A stretch of DNA of 64,000 nt from an uncultured Candidatus Entotheonella sp. (GCA_965215335.1 CBDCDA010000001.1:992001-1056000), one strand, 5' to 3'; positions 41,267 through 54,578 are shown, counted from the stretch's first letter. The notes: generated from the letters alone by a model not told the origin. Numbers and translations: made by a program.

Positions 41267-44200
41267 GGCATGCGGCGCCTCGTCACGGCCGCGGTTCACA
41301 ATTCGGTGGCGGCCAATCTGCTGATGGTCGTAATCATCGTGGTCGGCGGCATGAGCGCCTACAACCTCAGGCGCGAGACCTTCCCGCAGATCTCCTTCGA
41401 TATCGTCCAGGTGCAGACCAGCTTTCCCGGCGCCACGCCCGAAGAAATCGAAGAAAGCATCGTCGTCAAGATCGAAGAAGCGATCAAGAGCGTGGAGGGC
41501 ATTCAGGACATCATCTCGCAGGCGCACGAGAGCTCAGGCGTGGTGCTTGCCCGGCTCAAGCCGGGCGTCGACAATCGCCGCGTCCTGGAGGATATCCAGA
41601 ATGAGGTCGAGAAGATCGATACCTTTCCCGAGGACGCTGAACCGCCGCGTTACGAGGAACTCGCCGAGCGCCGCAAGGTGATCAATATCGCCTTGCACGG
41701 CGAGCAGCCCGAGCGCACCCTGAAGGAAGTCGCCACCCGGGTGCGGGATGACCTCCTGGCCTCCGAGTTCATTTCGCAGGTGCGCCTCGTCGGCACCCGT
41801 GATTATGAAATCAGCATCGAAGTGTCCGAGGCGAGCCTGCGGCGTCACGGTCTGACGTTCGAGGAAATCCGCCAGGTGGTACAGCGCAGCAGTCTCAACC
41901 TGCCGGGCGGCAGCATCAAGACGCCGACGCAGGACATCGTGGTGCGCACCGCCGGGCAGCGCTACACCGGACTGGAATTCGCCCTCGTGCCGCTGCTGAC
42001 GCGCCCGGACGGCACCGTAGTCACGCTGGACGAGGTCGCGCGGGTCAGCGACGGTTTTGTCGATGCGTGGCGCATCGGGCGCTTCAACGGCACCCCCAGC
42101 GTGCTGGTTTCCGTGTTCAGGACCAGCGAGGAAGATGCGCTGGTCATTTCCGACACCGTACGCCAGTACGTTGCCGAGCAAGCGCCCCGACTGCCGGCGG
42201 GCCTGTCCATGAGCGTGTGGGCGGACGATTCGGCCATTACCAAAAGCCGCTTGGAACTGCTCAGCCGCAACGGCTTGCAAGGTCTGTTCCTGGTGCTTCT
42301 CAGTCTCTGGCTGTTCATGAATCTGCGGCTGGCGTTCTGGGTAGCGGTCGGCCTGGTGGTGGCCTTGCTGGGCGGGCTGTGGATTCTGATCCTGTACGGC
42401 GGCACCCTCAACATGATCACCATGTTCGCCTTCATCATGGCGCTCGGCATGCTGGTGGACGACGCCATCGTGGTGGGCGAGAACATCTACAGCCACTGGC
42501 GGCGCGGCAAGCCCCCGGTGCAGGCGGCCATCGACGGCGCCAGCGAGGTGGCCGTGCCGGTCATCGGGGCGGTGTCGACGACCGTTGCCGCCTTCGTGCC
42601 GCTGTTCATCATGGAGGGCATTCTGGGCAAGTTCGTGGCCGTCATGCCTGTCGCCGTGGTGGCTGCCCTGCTCGGTTCGTTGCTGGAGTGCATGGTGATT
42701 CTGCCGCCGCACCTGGCGCACGCGTTGCCGGCGGACGGGCATCAGGCGCCCAAGAGGGGCCTTCGCCGCCTGGCGCAACGCATCCGGGGTGGTATCGACG
42801 GTACACTCGATTGGTTTATCGAACGGGTCTATATGCCGTTGCTGAGGCGCGCCATGGCCTGGCGCCTGGTTGTCGCCGCCTCGGCAGTGGCGATCCTGAT
42901 GCTCCTGTTCGGCCTGCTGCTGGGCGGGCATCTTGATTTCGAGCTCTTTCCCGACCGCGATACCGATACCATTATCGCGCGTCTCACCATGCCGCAGGGC
43001 ACCCCGCTGGCGCGGACGGCCGCGGCCACGGCGCGGCTGGAGGCCGCGGCGCGGGAACTCGACAACCATTTTCGCCCCGCCGACCCGGATGCCGCCGCCG
43101 TCGTCGAGCAAATCATGACGGTCGTGGGCATCAATACCGACTTCGAGCCGGAGGTCGGCAGCCACGTGGGCGAGGTGACGGTCCAACTCCTGGCTGCCGA
43201 GGAGCGCGGTATTTCCAGCACGCTGTTGGCCGACAAGTGGCGAGACCTGTCCGGCGACGTGCCGGACGCGCTCGAGCTCATCTTCATGAGCGAAGACATC
43301 TTTCCGGTCGGCAAGCCCATCGAAGTGCGCTTGATGGGCGACGATTTCGCCGCCATGCGTGAGGCGGCGGCGCGTCTGGAGGCCGAACTGGCCACCTATC
43401 CTGGCGTTCTGGACATCAGCAACGACTTCCGCCCCGGCAAGATGGAACTCCAGCTCGCCCTCAAGCCCGCCGGACGGGTGCTGGGTATCACCCTGGCCGA
43501 CCTCGCCAGGCAGGTCAATCAGGGCTTCTACGGCGCCGAGGCACTACGCTTGCAACGTGGCCGCGACGACTTGAAAGTGGTCATCCGCTACCCGGAGGCG
43601 GAACGGCGCTCGATGGGAGACCTCGACAACATTCGCATTCGCACCCCCAACGGCAGCGAAGTGCCGTTCGGCGAGGTGGCCACCGCCACCCTGCGGCGCG
43701 GCTTTGCGGTCATCAAACGAACCGACCGCCAGCGCGCCCTCAGCGTTACCGCCGACGTCGATTCGAGCAAGGCCAACGCCGAGAAAATCCTCGCTGCCCT
43801 GGAAGCGGACTACCTGCCGCGGCTGCTCGCCGACTACGAAACCATGCGATATTCCTTCGAGGGCCAGCACAAGGAAACGCAGCGATCGGTGGGCAGCCTG
43901 TTTCGCGGCTTCATCATCGCCATGCTGCTGGTCTACATGATTCTGGCAGTGATTTTCCGCTCCTACTTCCAACCCCTGGTCGTCATGTCGGTGATTCCGT
44001 TCGGGTTCATCGGCGCCGTCATCGGGCATCTCATCATGGGCCACGACCTTTCCCTGATCAGCCTCTTCGGGCTCGTTGCCCTGAGCGGCGTGCTGGTGAA
44101 CGACTCGCTGGTGCTGGTCGATTTCATCAACCGAGCCAGACGTGCAGGCACCCCGTTGTTCGAAGCGGTATTGGCGGGCGGCCAGCAACGGTTCCGCGCC

Positions 44201-44423
44201 ATCATCCTGACCAGCGTGACGACCGTCGCGGGCCTGTCGCCCATCCTGTTCGAGAAGAGCGTGCAGGCCCAATTTCTCATCCCGATGGCGATCTCGATGA
44301 GTTTCGGTCTCATGGGCGCCACCGTGCTGGTGCTGGTCCTGGTGCCCGCCCTCTACCTGCTGTTGTACGACGTGCAGAACATCTGGCGCTGGCTGCGGAC
44401 CGGCACCTTTGCAGAGAAATCCC

Positions 44424-46373
<1,950 letters not shown>

Positions 46374-46378
46374 CGCCC

Positions 46379-46414
46379 GCAGGGCGGGTTGGCCGCCGGC
46401 GCAACCCGCCCTGC
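46379..46414. repeat. 13-bp inverted repeat, REP-like or terminator
   Basis: GCAGGGCGGGTTG-N10-CAACCCGCCCTGC directly after the ligase stop. Confidence 0.65.
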
Positions 46415-46611
46415 CGACTCAAGGGGAAATTCTGGCCTGAACGAGTCGGACGGGGAACGCGAGTCGAGGGCGATCATCTCGCAAGGGAAAAGTCCCGGCT
46501 CAACAACGGCGATGTCCCCGCCTTGCATGACCGAGGCCGTGATTTGCATGGATAGGCTGCAGGACCGGCGCGACACCAGGACGATGCCGTGCCGGTTGTG
46601 GGAAGGAAGGG

Positions 46612-47604
46612 TTATCTCACGGCAATCGGATTGCCCGGGGAACCCGTGGCGCCCTTCAAGCGCAGCGGCGAGAAGATGTACGCGAACTCATACACCCGGT
46701 CCGCCGCCAAGGCTGCCGTGTCGAGATTCTCATGGATGTAGATGCCATTGCACACCAGCAGGTGCTGGTGACTCTCGAAAGCCCGTTCCGGGTCCTCGCC
46801 CGGTACTGCCTCTACGGGCCACGTATCGGAGGCCAGCATGACGGGTTTCTGCTCGATCAGCCACTTGACCGTCGTCACGCTGGGTCCGGGCGCGCCGGCG
46901 CCATAGGCGTCATTGTCCACCATCCATAGTGACCCGTGGCCGGTGTGAAACACCACCACGTCGCCTTCCCCGATGTCGACGCCCTGGCGGGCCATGGTGC
47001 CCTGGATGTCGTCAATGGTGATGACGTATCCCGACTCCAGCCGGTCGACGCCCTTGTAGGCGGCGACGTCGAGCAGGACGCCGCGGGTGAAGAACACCCC
47101 GGCGTGCTCAATGCCGAGCCGCTTCAGCCCGTAGGCGTCGCCAAAATCGGCCAGCTTGTTGCCGTTGTAGAAAATTTCGTCGTCGCCCACTTGCACGCCG
47201 ACGTGCCCGAGGCCGTCAAACTGTGTACCCACCTGGCCAATTTCCGCACTCACGATCTCGTCGTTGCCGATGATCTGGTTCTTGGCGAACGGCGGGTATG
47301 TGGGCAGGCCGGGGATCGTTATGCTGTAGTGCCGCTTGCCGGGCATCGACATACCGTGCTCATAGATGCGCCCCAGCTGGTAAATCCTGCCTTCTCTGAT
47401 CAGCGACACCGCTTGCATCACCTTTGCCGGGGTGATGCGATTCGCCGCCCCCCGCTGGTCATCCGGCCCCCACTCGGACGGCCAGCATGCCGGGCCGATG
47501 GGGGTTTCGTCTTGTGCTGCCGCCAAAGCAAGGAAACCGGGCAGAACGAACATCCCGAGTACAACCACGGCCATCAACCTGGATTTGCGTAACGTCGATT
47601 GCAT
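46612..47604 (-). CDS. Cyclase-family (kynurenine formamidase-like) metal-dependent hydrolase with signal peptide
   Basis: WGPDDQRGAAN, GTQFDGLGH, RGVLLD, HENL, GATGSPGNPIA. Confidence 0.9.
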   Translation of the reverse strand: MQSTLRKSRLMAVVVLGMFVLPGFLALAAAQDETPIGPACWPSEWGPDDQRGAANRITPAKVMQAVSLIREGRIYQLGRIYEHGMSMPGKRHYSITIPGLPTYPPFAKNQIIGNDEIVSAEIGQVGTQFDGLGHVGVQVGDDEIFYNGNKLADFGDAYGLKRLGIEHAGVFFTRGVLLDVAAYKGVDRLESGYVITIDDIQGTMARQGVDIGEGDVVVFHTGHGSLWMVDNDAYGAGAPGPSVTTVKWLIEQKPVMLASDTWPVEAVPGEDPERAFESHQHLLVCNGIYIHENLDTAALAADRVYEFAYIFSPLRLKGATGSPGNPIAVR

Positions 47605-47820
47605 CGCTCTCTCCTTGTCGTTGCTGTGCCTCAGCTGCAAGGGCATCGGGTCCCTCGATGGGCGGCATCATACACCCGGCAAGGCCGCCGTCAAGCGGGA
47701 TTTGCGCGGCCCCGCCTGAAGCACGGTCAGGTTGTCATGGACCCTGGCTGCCCCGTGCAGTATCATGCCGGGTCAACCTATCGCGTCGAGGGCCGAGGTC
47801 ACTGTTAGGGGAGAAACACC

Positions 47821-49128
47821 ATGCAGCAAGGAAGGAAACGTGGACAGGGCACGCTGAGTCGGCGGCACTTCTTGAGCGCCGCGGCGACGACCACGGCGGG
47901 GCTGATGATCGTGCCGCCAGCCATTGCGGCCCGCAAGAAGCGCATCACGATGCTCAGTTGGAACCACTTCGTGCCGGCGTCGGATGAAGAACTGCGCCGT
48001 CAGGCCGCAGAGTTCAGCGACATCTATGGCGCCAGGGTGCAGGTGGACACCATTTCCCACTTGCAAATACCGGCCAAGCAGGCCGCCGAGGTCAATGCCC
48101 AGCGGGGCCACGACATCATGATCATGGGCGGCGCCTTTCCCTGGCTGTACGAAAAGCAACTCCTGCCGGTGGACGATCTGGTGGACGAGCTGGGCAGCAA
48201 GCTGGGTGGCTGGTATCCGTTCTGCGAGGAGAGCTTCCGCGTCAAGGGCACGTGGCGCACGGTGCCGTGGTTCTGGGTGTCGTTTCCCGGCACGGTCAAC
48301 CAGGCCCTGTTCGCGCAGCACGACCTGGCGTGGCCTGACACCTGGGCCGATGTGCTGGCGGCAGGCACCAAGCTGAAAAAGGCCGGGCACCCGGTCGGCG
48401 TCGCCATCAGCCACTGCGGCGACGCCAATACGACCTTCTGGTCCATCAACTGGTGCTTCGGTGGCAAGGTGATCGACGAAGAGGGACAGGTCGCCATCCG
48501 CTCGCTGCAAACGGAAGAGGCGATGGAGTTCTACCGCGAGCTGTTCGACAAGGCGATGACCGACGAGGTGCTGGCCTGGGACGACGCCAGCAACAATCGC
48601 TTCCTGCTGTCGGGCAAGGGCTCGTGGATTCACAACCCCATCAGCCCGTACAACGCGGCGTTGGCCAAAAAAATGGACATCGCCAAGGACATCAATCACC
48701 ACCCCACCCCGGCCGGGCCGGCGGGCCGCCACAACGCGCCGCCGATCGTCAGCCTCGGCATCTGGAAGTTCGCGCGCAACCCCGACGGGGCGCGAGAATT
48801 CCTGCGCTACCTGTTCGAGCCCGAGAATTTCAACAAGTGGGTGGTGGCCAGCATGGCCTTCAACCACGGCCCGGTGCGGGAATTCGAGACGCACCCGATC
48901 TGGGCAACCGACGAGAAACTGAAAATCCTGCCCCTGGAGGGCGAATACGGCCATCCGCGCGGATGGCCGTATCACCCGAACCCGGAAGTGGCGCGCATCG
49001 ACGAAGTCTATGTGCTGCCGGACATGGTGGCCAAGGCGATTCGCGGCAAGAACGTCAAGGCAGCCCTGCAGTGGGGCGAGGATCACATCCACCGCATCAT
49101 GAAGGTCACGCGAGAGAGAACCGCATAG
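47821..49128 (+). CDS. ABC-type extracellular solute-binding protein (family 1) with Tat signal
   Basis: SRRHFL signal, WNHFVP, P.TW.D, WDDASNN; no permease genes adjacent. Confidence 0.85.
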   Translation: MQQGRKRGQGTLSRRHFLSAAATTTAGLMIVPPAIAARKKRITMLSWNHFVPASDEELRRQAAEFSDIYGARVQVDTISHLQIPAKQAAEVNAQRGHDIMIMGGAFPWLYEKQLLPVDDLVDELGSKLGGWYPFCEESFRVKGTWRTVPWFWVSFPGTVNQALFAQHDLAWPDTWADVLAAGTKLKKAGHPVGVAISHCGDANTTFWSINWCFGGKVIDEEGQVAIRSLQTEEAMEFYRELFDKAMTDEVLAWDDASNNRFLLSGKGSWIHNPISPYNAALAKKMDIAKDINHHPTPAGPAGRHNAPPIVSLGIWKFARNPDGAREFLRYLFEPENFNKWVVASMAFNHGPVREFETHPIWATDEKLKILPLEGEYGHPRGWPYHPNPEVARIDEVYVLPDMVAKAIRGKNVKAALQWGEDHIHRIMKVTRERTA

Positions 49129-49211
49129 AAACGGTCGAACAGGATGGCGGCAACGGCTGGCCGGGGTCACATGCGCGGCCAGCCGTTTTTCTGCGCCGGG
49201 ACGGCACGGCC

Positions 49212-49427
49212 TTACGGACGTGCCGGTTGCTCGCCGGGCTCCCGGAGTCGGTGCACGCGCACGTTCAGGCCCTCGCGCAGCGTCGGGAAGTGTTCCCGCA
49301 GAGCGGCATGCGCCGAGGCATGACTGCGAAAGCCGTACGGCGCGCCGCTGGCCTTCCGCACCGTACGCCAGCCCTCCAGGCCATACCCATGGTGCGCCAT
49401 CACCTGGATGACGTAGACGTCTGCCAC
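49212..49427 (-). CDS. Small hypothetical protein (about 71 aa)
   Basis: GTG start about 17 bp after the esterase stop with purine-rich upstream sequence; protein-like composition. Confidence 0.4.
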   Translation of the reverse strand: MADVYVIQVMAHHGYGLEGWRTVRKASGAPYGFRSHASAHAALREHFPTLREGLNVRVHRLREPGEQPARP

Positions 49428-49444
49428 CGTGGCGTTCCCTACCC

Positions 49445-50374
49445 CTATTTGCCGGCGAAAGCCTTCTTCATGGCCGCGGCTGCTTCGGAGATGGCCTGGG
49501 CGCCCTTGTCCATGGCGGCGGGCATGCCGAAAAAACCGTGGATCATGCCGTCGTAGCGGCGGCAAACGGTGGGAACCGCGGCGGCTTCCAGCTTCTCGGC
49601 GTAGGCCTCGCCCTCATCGCGCAGCGGGTCGAACTCCGCGGTAATGACCAGCGCCGGGGGCAGATCCCTGAAGCTCCTCGCCGTGGACGGTACCGCATAG
49701 GCGTGCTCGGCATCGTCGGAAGCGCCGAGGTATTGCTCCCAGTACCACTTCATGCTGTCGCGCGTCAGGAGGTAGCCGTCGGCGTTGTCCGCATAGGAAA
49801 GGGTGTCGAAATCAAGCGCCGTCATCGGGTAGACCAGCAGTTGGAACACCAGACCGGGACGGGCGCGGTCACGGGCCATCTGCGCCACCACGGCAGCCAG
49901 ATTGCCCCCGGCGCTGTCGCCGCCCACCGCCATGCGCGAGGCGTCGCCCTGGATGCTGGCGGCGTTGTCCGACGCCCACACCGCGGCCGCGTAGCAATCG
50001 TCGCAGGCGCCGGGGAACTTCGTTTCCGGCGCCAGACGGTAATCCACCGAAACCGTCACGCAGCCGGTTTCGACCGTCAGGTGCCGCGCCGTCGGGTCGG
50101 CGGTTTCGAGGTCTCCCACCACCATGCCGCCGCCGTGGCACCAGATCAGAATGGGAAACGGGCCCGTGCCTGCCGGTGTGTAGATGCGAACCGGCACCTC
50201 GGCATCACGCCAGGACACGGTGCGGTCCTCCACCCTGGCGACCTCCGGTCCATCGACGCGCGGCCGGTTCCTCATGTTCTCGCGCGCCTGCTGCGGGCTT
50301 ACCATATGGTTCGGGGGCAGACCCAGGGCCGCCAGTTGATCGAGGACCTGCCGGGCTTGCGGATCGAGTGGCAT
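49445..50374 (-). CDS. Alpha/beta hydrolase, HSL-family esterase/lipase
   Basis: HGGG, DYRLAPE, GDSAG, DPLRDEG, HGF. Confidence 0.93.
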   Translation of the reverse strand: MPLDPQARQVLDQLAALGLPPNHMVSPQQARENMRNRPRVDGPEVARVEDRTVSWRDAEVPVRIYTPAGTGPFPILIWCHGGGMVVGDLETADPTARHLTVETGCVTVSVDYRLAPETKFPGACDDCYAAAVWASDNAASIQGDASRMAVGGDSAGGNLAAVVAQMARDRARPGLVFQLLVYPMTALDFDTLSYADNADGYLLTRDSMKWYWEQYLGASDDAEHAYAVPSTARSFRDLPPALVITAEFDPLRDEGEAYAEKLEAAAVPTVCRRYDGMIHGFFGMPAAMDKGAQAISEAAAAMKKAFAGK

Positions 50375-50634
50375 GACTCACCTCTTGACAACGGGTTGAC
50401 AACGCTCGCTGGCGCTTGGAACAGGTGTGGGTTTTGAGGGCGGCCACTGTAAACCACACCCGCGGGAAGGTCAACGCGCAAAGGCGGCCTGTCGTTCGGC
50501 AGCGCCGCGACAGGTATCGTGCCACCGTCTTCCCGATTTCCGCTTGCCGCCTTATCCGCAACTCCGAAGAGGATCGCGCGGTCCCGTCTCACCGACCAGA
50601 CGTTTAACGAATCACCTCTGCGAAAGGAACTCCC

Positions 50635-51666
50635 ATGACACTGGAAAACGGCACGATCACCACGATGGCGGGCAGCGGGGAAGCCGGATACGACGGCGAC
50701 GGCGGGCCGGCCGGTTCGGCCCGTCTTAACGAACCTTTCCTGTGCGCCTTTGATCGGCAGGGCAATCTGTACGTGGCGGAGGCGATGAACCACTGCGTGC
50801 GCCGCATCGACGGCCGCAACGGCGTGATCACCACCGTTGCCGGAACGGGTGAACCCGGCTACGGCGGCGACGGCGGCCCGGCCACGCGCGCCACCCTGAA
50901 CCAGCCCTACGCCCTGGACATCGCGGACAACGGCGACCTGTACGTCGTGGACCGCCTGAACGCCGTCATCCGCAAGGTGGAGGCGGCCAGCGGCGTGATT
51001 TCCACCGTCGCCGGAACGGGGACGCCGGGATCGAGCGGCGACGGCGGCCCGGCGGTGCGAGCAGCCCTGCGGGAACCCAACGATTGCTTCCTCGACCGGC
51101 ACGGCGGCCTGCTCGTCGCCGACGTGCAGGATCAGCGCATCCGGCGGCTGGACTTGGCCACGGGCGTGATCACCACCTTCGCGGGCAACGGCGACAAGGC
51201 GCGCGCCGGTGACGGCCTTCCGGCTGTAAAGGCCAGCCTCCTCGGTGCCCGTGCCGTGTGCCAGGACGGCAGCGGCAACACCTACATCTGCGAGCGGGAA
51301 GGCAACGGGGTGCGCAAGATTGGTGCCGACGGCATCATGACGACGTTCGCGGGAACCGGCGAGCGCGGTTACAGCGGCGACGGCGGCCCGGCGCTGGCGG
51401 CCACCTGGGGGGCGCCGAAGGCCCTGCGCTGCGACCTGCGGGGAAACGTCCTGGTGGTGGACACGGAAAATCACGCCATTCGCCGCATTGACGCCGTCAC
51501 GGGCGTCGTCACGACCGTTGCCGGCGGACATCATGGCGGTCACGGCGACGGCGGCCCGGCAACCGCAGCGGGACTGGACCGGCCGCACGGCTGCTGCGTC
51601 GATGCGCAGGGCCATCTGTACATCGCCGATAGCAACAACCAGCGCGTGCGGGTCGTGCGGGTTTAG
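50635..51666 (+). CDS. NHL-repeat six-bladed beta-propeller protein
   Basis: Six repeats of about 56 aa with ITT.AG.G..GY.GDGGPA..A.L..P. Confidence 0.9.
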   Translation: MTLENGTITTMAGSGEAGYDGDGGPAGSARLNEPFLCAFDRQGNLYVAEAMNHCVRRIDGRNGVITTVAGTGEPGYGGDGGPATRATLNQPYALDIADNGDLYVVDRLNAVIRKVEAASGVISTVAGTGTPGSSGDGGPAVRAALREPNDCFLDRHGGLLVADVQDQRIRRLDLATGVITTFAGNGDKARAGDGLPAVKASLLGARAVCQDGSGNTYICEREGNGVRKIGADGIMTTFAGTGERGYSGDGGPALAATWGAPKALRCDLRGNVLVVDTENHAIRRIDAVTGVVTTVAGGHHGGHGDGGPATAAGLDRPHGCCVDAQGHLYIADSNNQRVRVVRV

Positions 51667-51678
51667 TTGGCAGCCAAA

Positions 51679-52824
51679 TCAGTCGGACGGCAGTTCGTCG
51701 AGGCGGCGCAGCACGCGGCTTTCGCGCAGGCGGTCGCCAGCGCCGCTGGCGCCGCCGGTCGGCTGGAAAAAGCGGGATTGCCGAACTTCGGCGAGATGGT
51801 AGGCGAGAAGTTCCCCGGCCAGGCAATAAACCAGCGGCGTGAACAGCTCCGGCATTGGCTCCGGCACCGGCAGGAAGGTATCGACGGAGACGGGAAGCAA
51901 TGCCGGGTCGCCGTGCGCAACCGCGAGCGTGTAACGCCCGACAGCCTTGACGTGGGGAAGCAGTTCCAAGGCCCGGTCAAGGCTGCGGCCCGGCGGCACG
52001 ATCAGGCAGGTCGGCGTGCGCTCCCGGGCATTGAAGAACTGGATGTGCCCCCACTCCTCGATGTCCTGTCCCCAGGCGTCGGCTCCACAGCTTTCCACCA
52101 GCTTGGCGGCGCTGAACAGCGCCGTCGCATAGCTCGGCCCGGAACCCACGAATACCCAGTCCTCATGCTCCCGGAGACGGTCAGCCGCTTGCCGGGCCGG
52201 GGCGTCGGCGGCTTCGATCGCCGCCGCCATGCAATCCGACGCTTCGACCAGCCGTCGCCGCCAGCGTTCGGCTTCGACTGCCGTCAACACCTGCCGCAGT
52301 TCACCGACCCGTATCGCACACAGCAGCAAACTGACGAGTTGCACCGTGTAGGAGCGCATGCCCGGCGCCCGTCCCATCGGCGCAATGGGCACGGCAACGG
52401 TCGCCGCCGCTTCGCGCGCGATGCCGCTGTCTGCACGTCCGGTCACCGCAACGGTGTCCATGCCAGCCGCCCGCCCCAGGACCACTGCTTCAATCGACCG
52501 CGCCACCTCGCCGGAATTGGAAATGCCGAACAACCCGGCCGGCGCTGGCGCCTGCTCCATCTCGTACCGCGCGAACGGCATCGCCGCAAGCGCCTTGACC
52601 GGCAGGCGGCAAAAGCGCGCGAAGGCCATTTCGCACGCCAGCCCGGCATAGAACGAATCGCCGCAGCCGGCCGTGTAGATGGCCTGCCAGCGTTGCGGCC
52701 GCACATCGCGCAAGGCGTCAGCCACGCGCTGCGTCACCGGCGCGACGCTGTCGCGCAGCAAGGCCGGCTGGCTCATGATCTGGTCCCGCATCACGGCGCG
52801 GTCGGACGCTTCGGCAGTCATCAC
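51679..52824 (-). CDS. SIS-domain sugar isomerase / GlmS-like protein
   Basis: GCGDS, ISNSG, VGSGP, EEWGH. Confidence 0.88.
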   Translation of the reverse strand: MMTAEASDRAVMRDQIMSQPALLRDSVAPVTQRVADALRDVRPQRWQAIYTAGCGDSFYAGLACEMAFARFCRLPVKALAAMPFARYEMEQAPAPAGLFGISNSGEVARSIEAVVLGRAAGMDTVAVTGRADSGIAREAAATVAVPIAPMGRAPGMRSYTVQLVSLLLCAIRVGELRQVLTAVEAERWRRRLVEASDCMAAAIEAADAPARQAADRLREHEDWVFVGSGPSYATALFSAAKLVESCGADAWGQDIEEWGHIQFFNARERTPTCLIVPPGRSLDRALELLPHVKAVGRYTLAVAHGDPALLPVSVDTFLPVPEPMPELFTPLVYCLAGELLAYHLAEVRQSRFFQPTGGASGAGDRLRESRVLRRLDELPSD

Positions 52825-52846
52825 AGGTCTCCGGGAATGCGCGGGC

Positions 52847-53992
52847 CTACGTATGATCGAGATCGGGGATCACGTGCTTGCCGAACATCTCGATGGACGA
52901 CATGACCTTTTCGTGCGGAATGGTCTCGGTGGCCATGAGAAACTGCAACTGATCGACGCCAGTGGCGCGGTGCAACTCGATGGCCTCGAGGCAGCTTTGC
53001 GGGTCGCCGGAGACGGTGACCGCGCGGTCGGCCAGGGTGTCGGCGTCGAACTGATTCCAGATGGCGTTGGCGATCTGCGCCGAGCCGCCGGAGAGGTCCA
53101 CGCCGGTGTCCTGACCGTCTTCCTTCTTGACGTAGCGGGCAAAATTGGCTTCCAGGTGCTCCGGCACGCCACCCCACGACTCGATGAGGCGCTCGTACAC
53201 GTCCACCTGGTCCTTCAGATAGGGACGGTCGGGGCCGAAGAACGTCTTGAGCGATTGCGCCGCCAGTTCGCGCGCCGCCTTGTTGTCTTCGCCGCAAAAG
53301 GCCATCGTGGCGCTGAGCCACTGGTCATTGATGGCGCGTCCGACCGGTTGGGCCTTGCGGACGTTTTCCTTGAATTCCCTGACATGATCGGCCAGCGTTG
53401 CGGGCGCGGCGACGCTCAGCGCCATGACGCCGATCCCCTTCCGGGCCGCCAGCCGGTAGGTGGTGGGCTGCAAGGCCGCCACCCAGATCGGCGGGTGCGG
53501 CCGCTGGAACGGCTTCGGACGCACGTCGCGCGGCGGCACGTTCCAGAAACGACCTTCCCACTCGAACAGCCCGTCTTCCCAGATCCTGGGAATCATCGAC
53601 AGCGACTCCTCCCACATGTCGCGGGTGTCGCGCGGGTCGATGCCCATGCCGGTCTGCTCGTACGGAGCCGAGCGCCCGGTGCCGAAATCGACCCGGCCGC
53701 CGGACATGTGGTCGATCATGGCGACCCGTTCGGCCACCCGCACCGGGTGGTGGTACGGCAGAATAACGACGCCGAATCCGAGCCGGATGCGTTTGGTCAG
53801 GCGGCTCAACGCCCCGAAAATGGCCTCGGGACACGGTGACATCGAAAAGCCGGTGAGAAAGTGGTGCTCCACGAACCAGATGGTGTCGAAACCCATCTCG
53901 TCGGCCAGAACGCATTGTTCGATCGTTTCCTCGATGACCGCGTGGTCATCGACGACTGGCCGTTGCATCTCGTACGCCAGGCTCAACTTCAT
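52847..53992 (-). CDS. LLM-class flavin-dependent oxidoreductase
   Basis: WFVEHHF, RIRLGFG, HPVRVAE, GRVDFGTGR, PKPFQRPHPP. Confidence 0.92.
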   Translation of the reverse strand: MKLSLAYEMQRPVVDDHAVIEETIEQCVLADEMGFDTIWFVEHHFLTGFSMSPCPEAIFGALSRLTKRIRLGFGVVILPYHHPVRVAERVAMIDHMSGGRVDFGTGRSAPYEQTGMGIDPRDTRDMWEESLSMIPRIWEDGLFEWEGRFWNVPPRDVRPKPFQRPHPPIWVAALQPTTYRLAARKGIGVMALSVAAPATLADHVREFKENVRKAQPVGRAINDQWLSATMAFCGEDNKAARELAAQSLKTFFGPDRPYLKDQVDVYERLIESWGGVPEHLEANFARYVKKEDGQDTGVDLSGGSAQIANAIWNQFDADTLADRAVTVSGDPQSCLEAIELHRATGVDQLQFLMATETIPHEKVMSSIEMFGKHVIPDLDHT

Positions 53993-54014
53993 GTCATTCC
54001 CCTCAAAGCGTCGC

Positions 54015-54410
54015 TCAAGAAAAGAGAAACCAGTCCTCGGACACCGTGTTGGCGGCGAAATCGGCGAGGTCCGGCAGGGGGTTCGCACCGTCCGCCAAGG
54101 CTTGTAACGACCCTGCCAGAACACCAGCCAAAAGCGCTGCGGGCTGGAGCGGCTCTTGGTCAATACCGCCGAGTCGATGGCATTTCTGCAGCGCCTTGTG
54201 CCATTGGCTCCGGCAGCCTCGCGGGTTGCCGTTGGTGTAGTGGTAAGCACCAACCACCAGCTGGATCATCGCCTGCCAGAACAGGCGCTGGCGTCCCCGA
54301 AGGCCCTGCCAGACCTCCTCCCAGGCATCGTGCGCGGCAAAGTGGTCGGCGTCGCGAAAGTATGCCAAGCCGTTGCGGAGACAGGCTATGTCATCGACCT
54401 GCAGGGGCAT
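54015..54410 (-). CDS. DUF309-family protein
   Basis: G..YF...DHFAAHDAWEEVW...QAMIQL.VG.YH...GN. Confidence 0.8.
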   Translation of the reverse strand: MPLQVDDIACLRNGLAYFRDADHFAAHDAWEEVWQGLRGRQRLFWQAMIQLVVGAYHYTNGNPRGCRSQWHKALQKCHRLGGIDQEPLQPAALLAGVLAGSLQALADGANPLPDLADFAANTVSEDWFLFS

Positions 54411-54578
54411 CGACGGGCCGTCAGAGGCGTGGTGGTTGACGAGTGCAGAGCGGGCACAGGATAGCACGCGCCGCCCGGCACGGGCAACGGCTCCGGCAAG
54501 GCACCGCTCCACGGTTGGTTGTGGTAGTATGGCGATCCTTCTTGACAGTCATCGTGTCCTGATGAAAGGAATTCCCTA

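Noticed and set aside
46415..46611. Possible gene fragment in the spacer between the ligase and the cyclase
   Set aside because: No recognisable motif in manual translation
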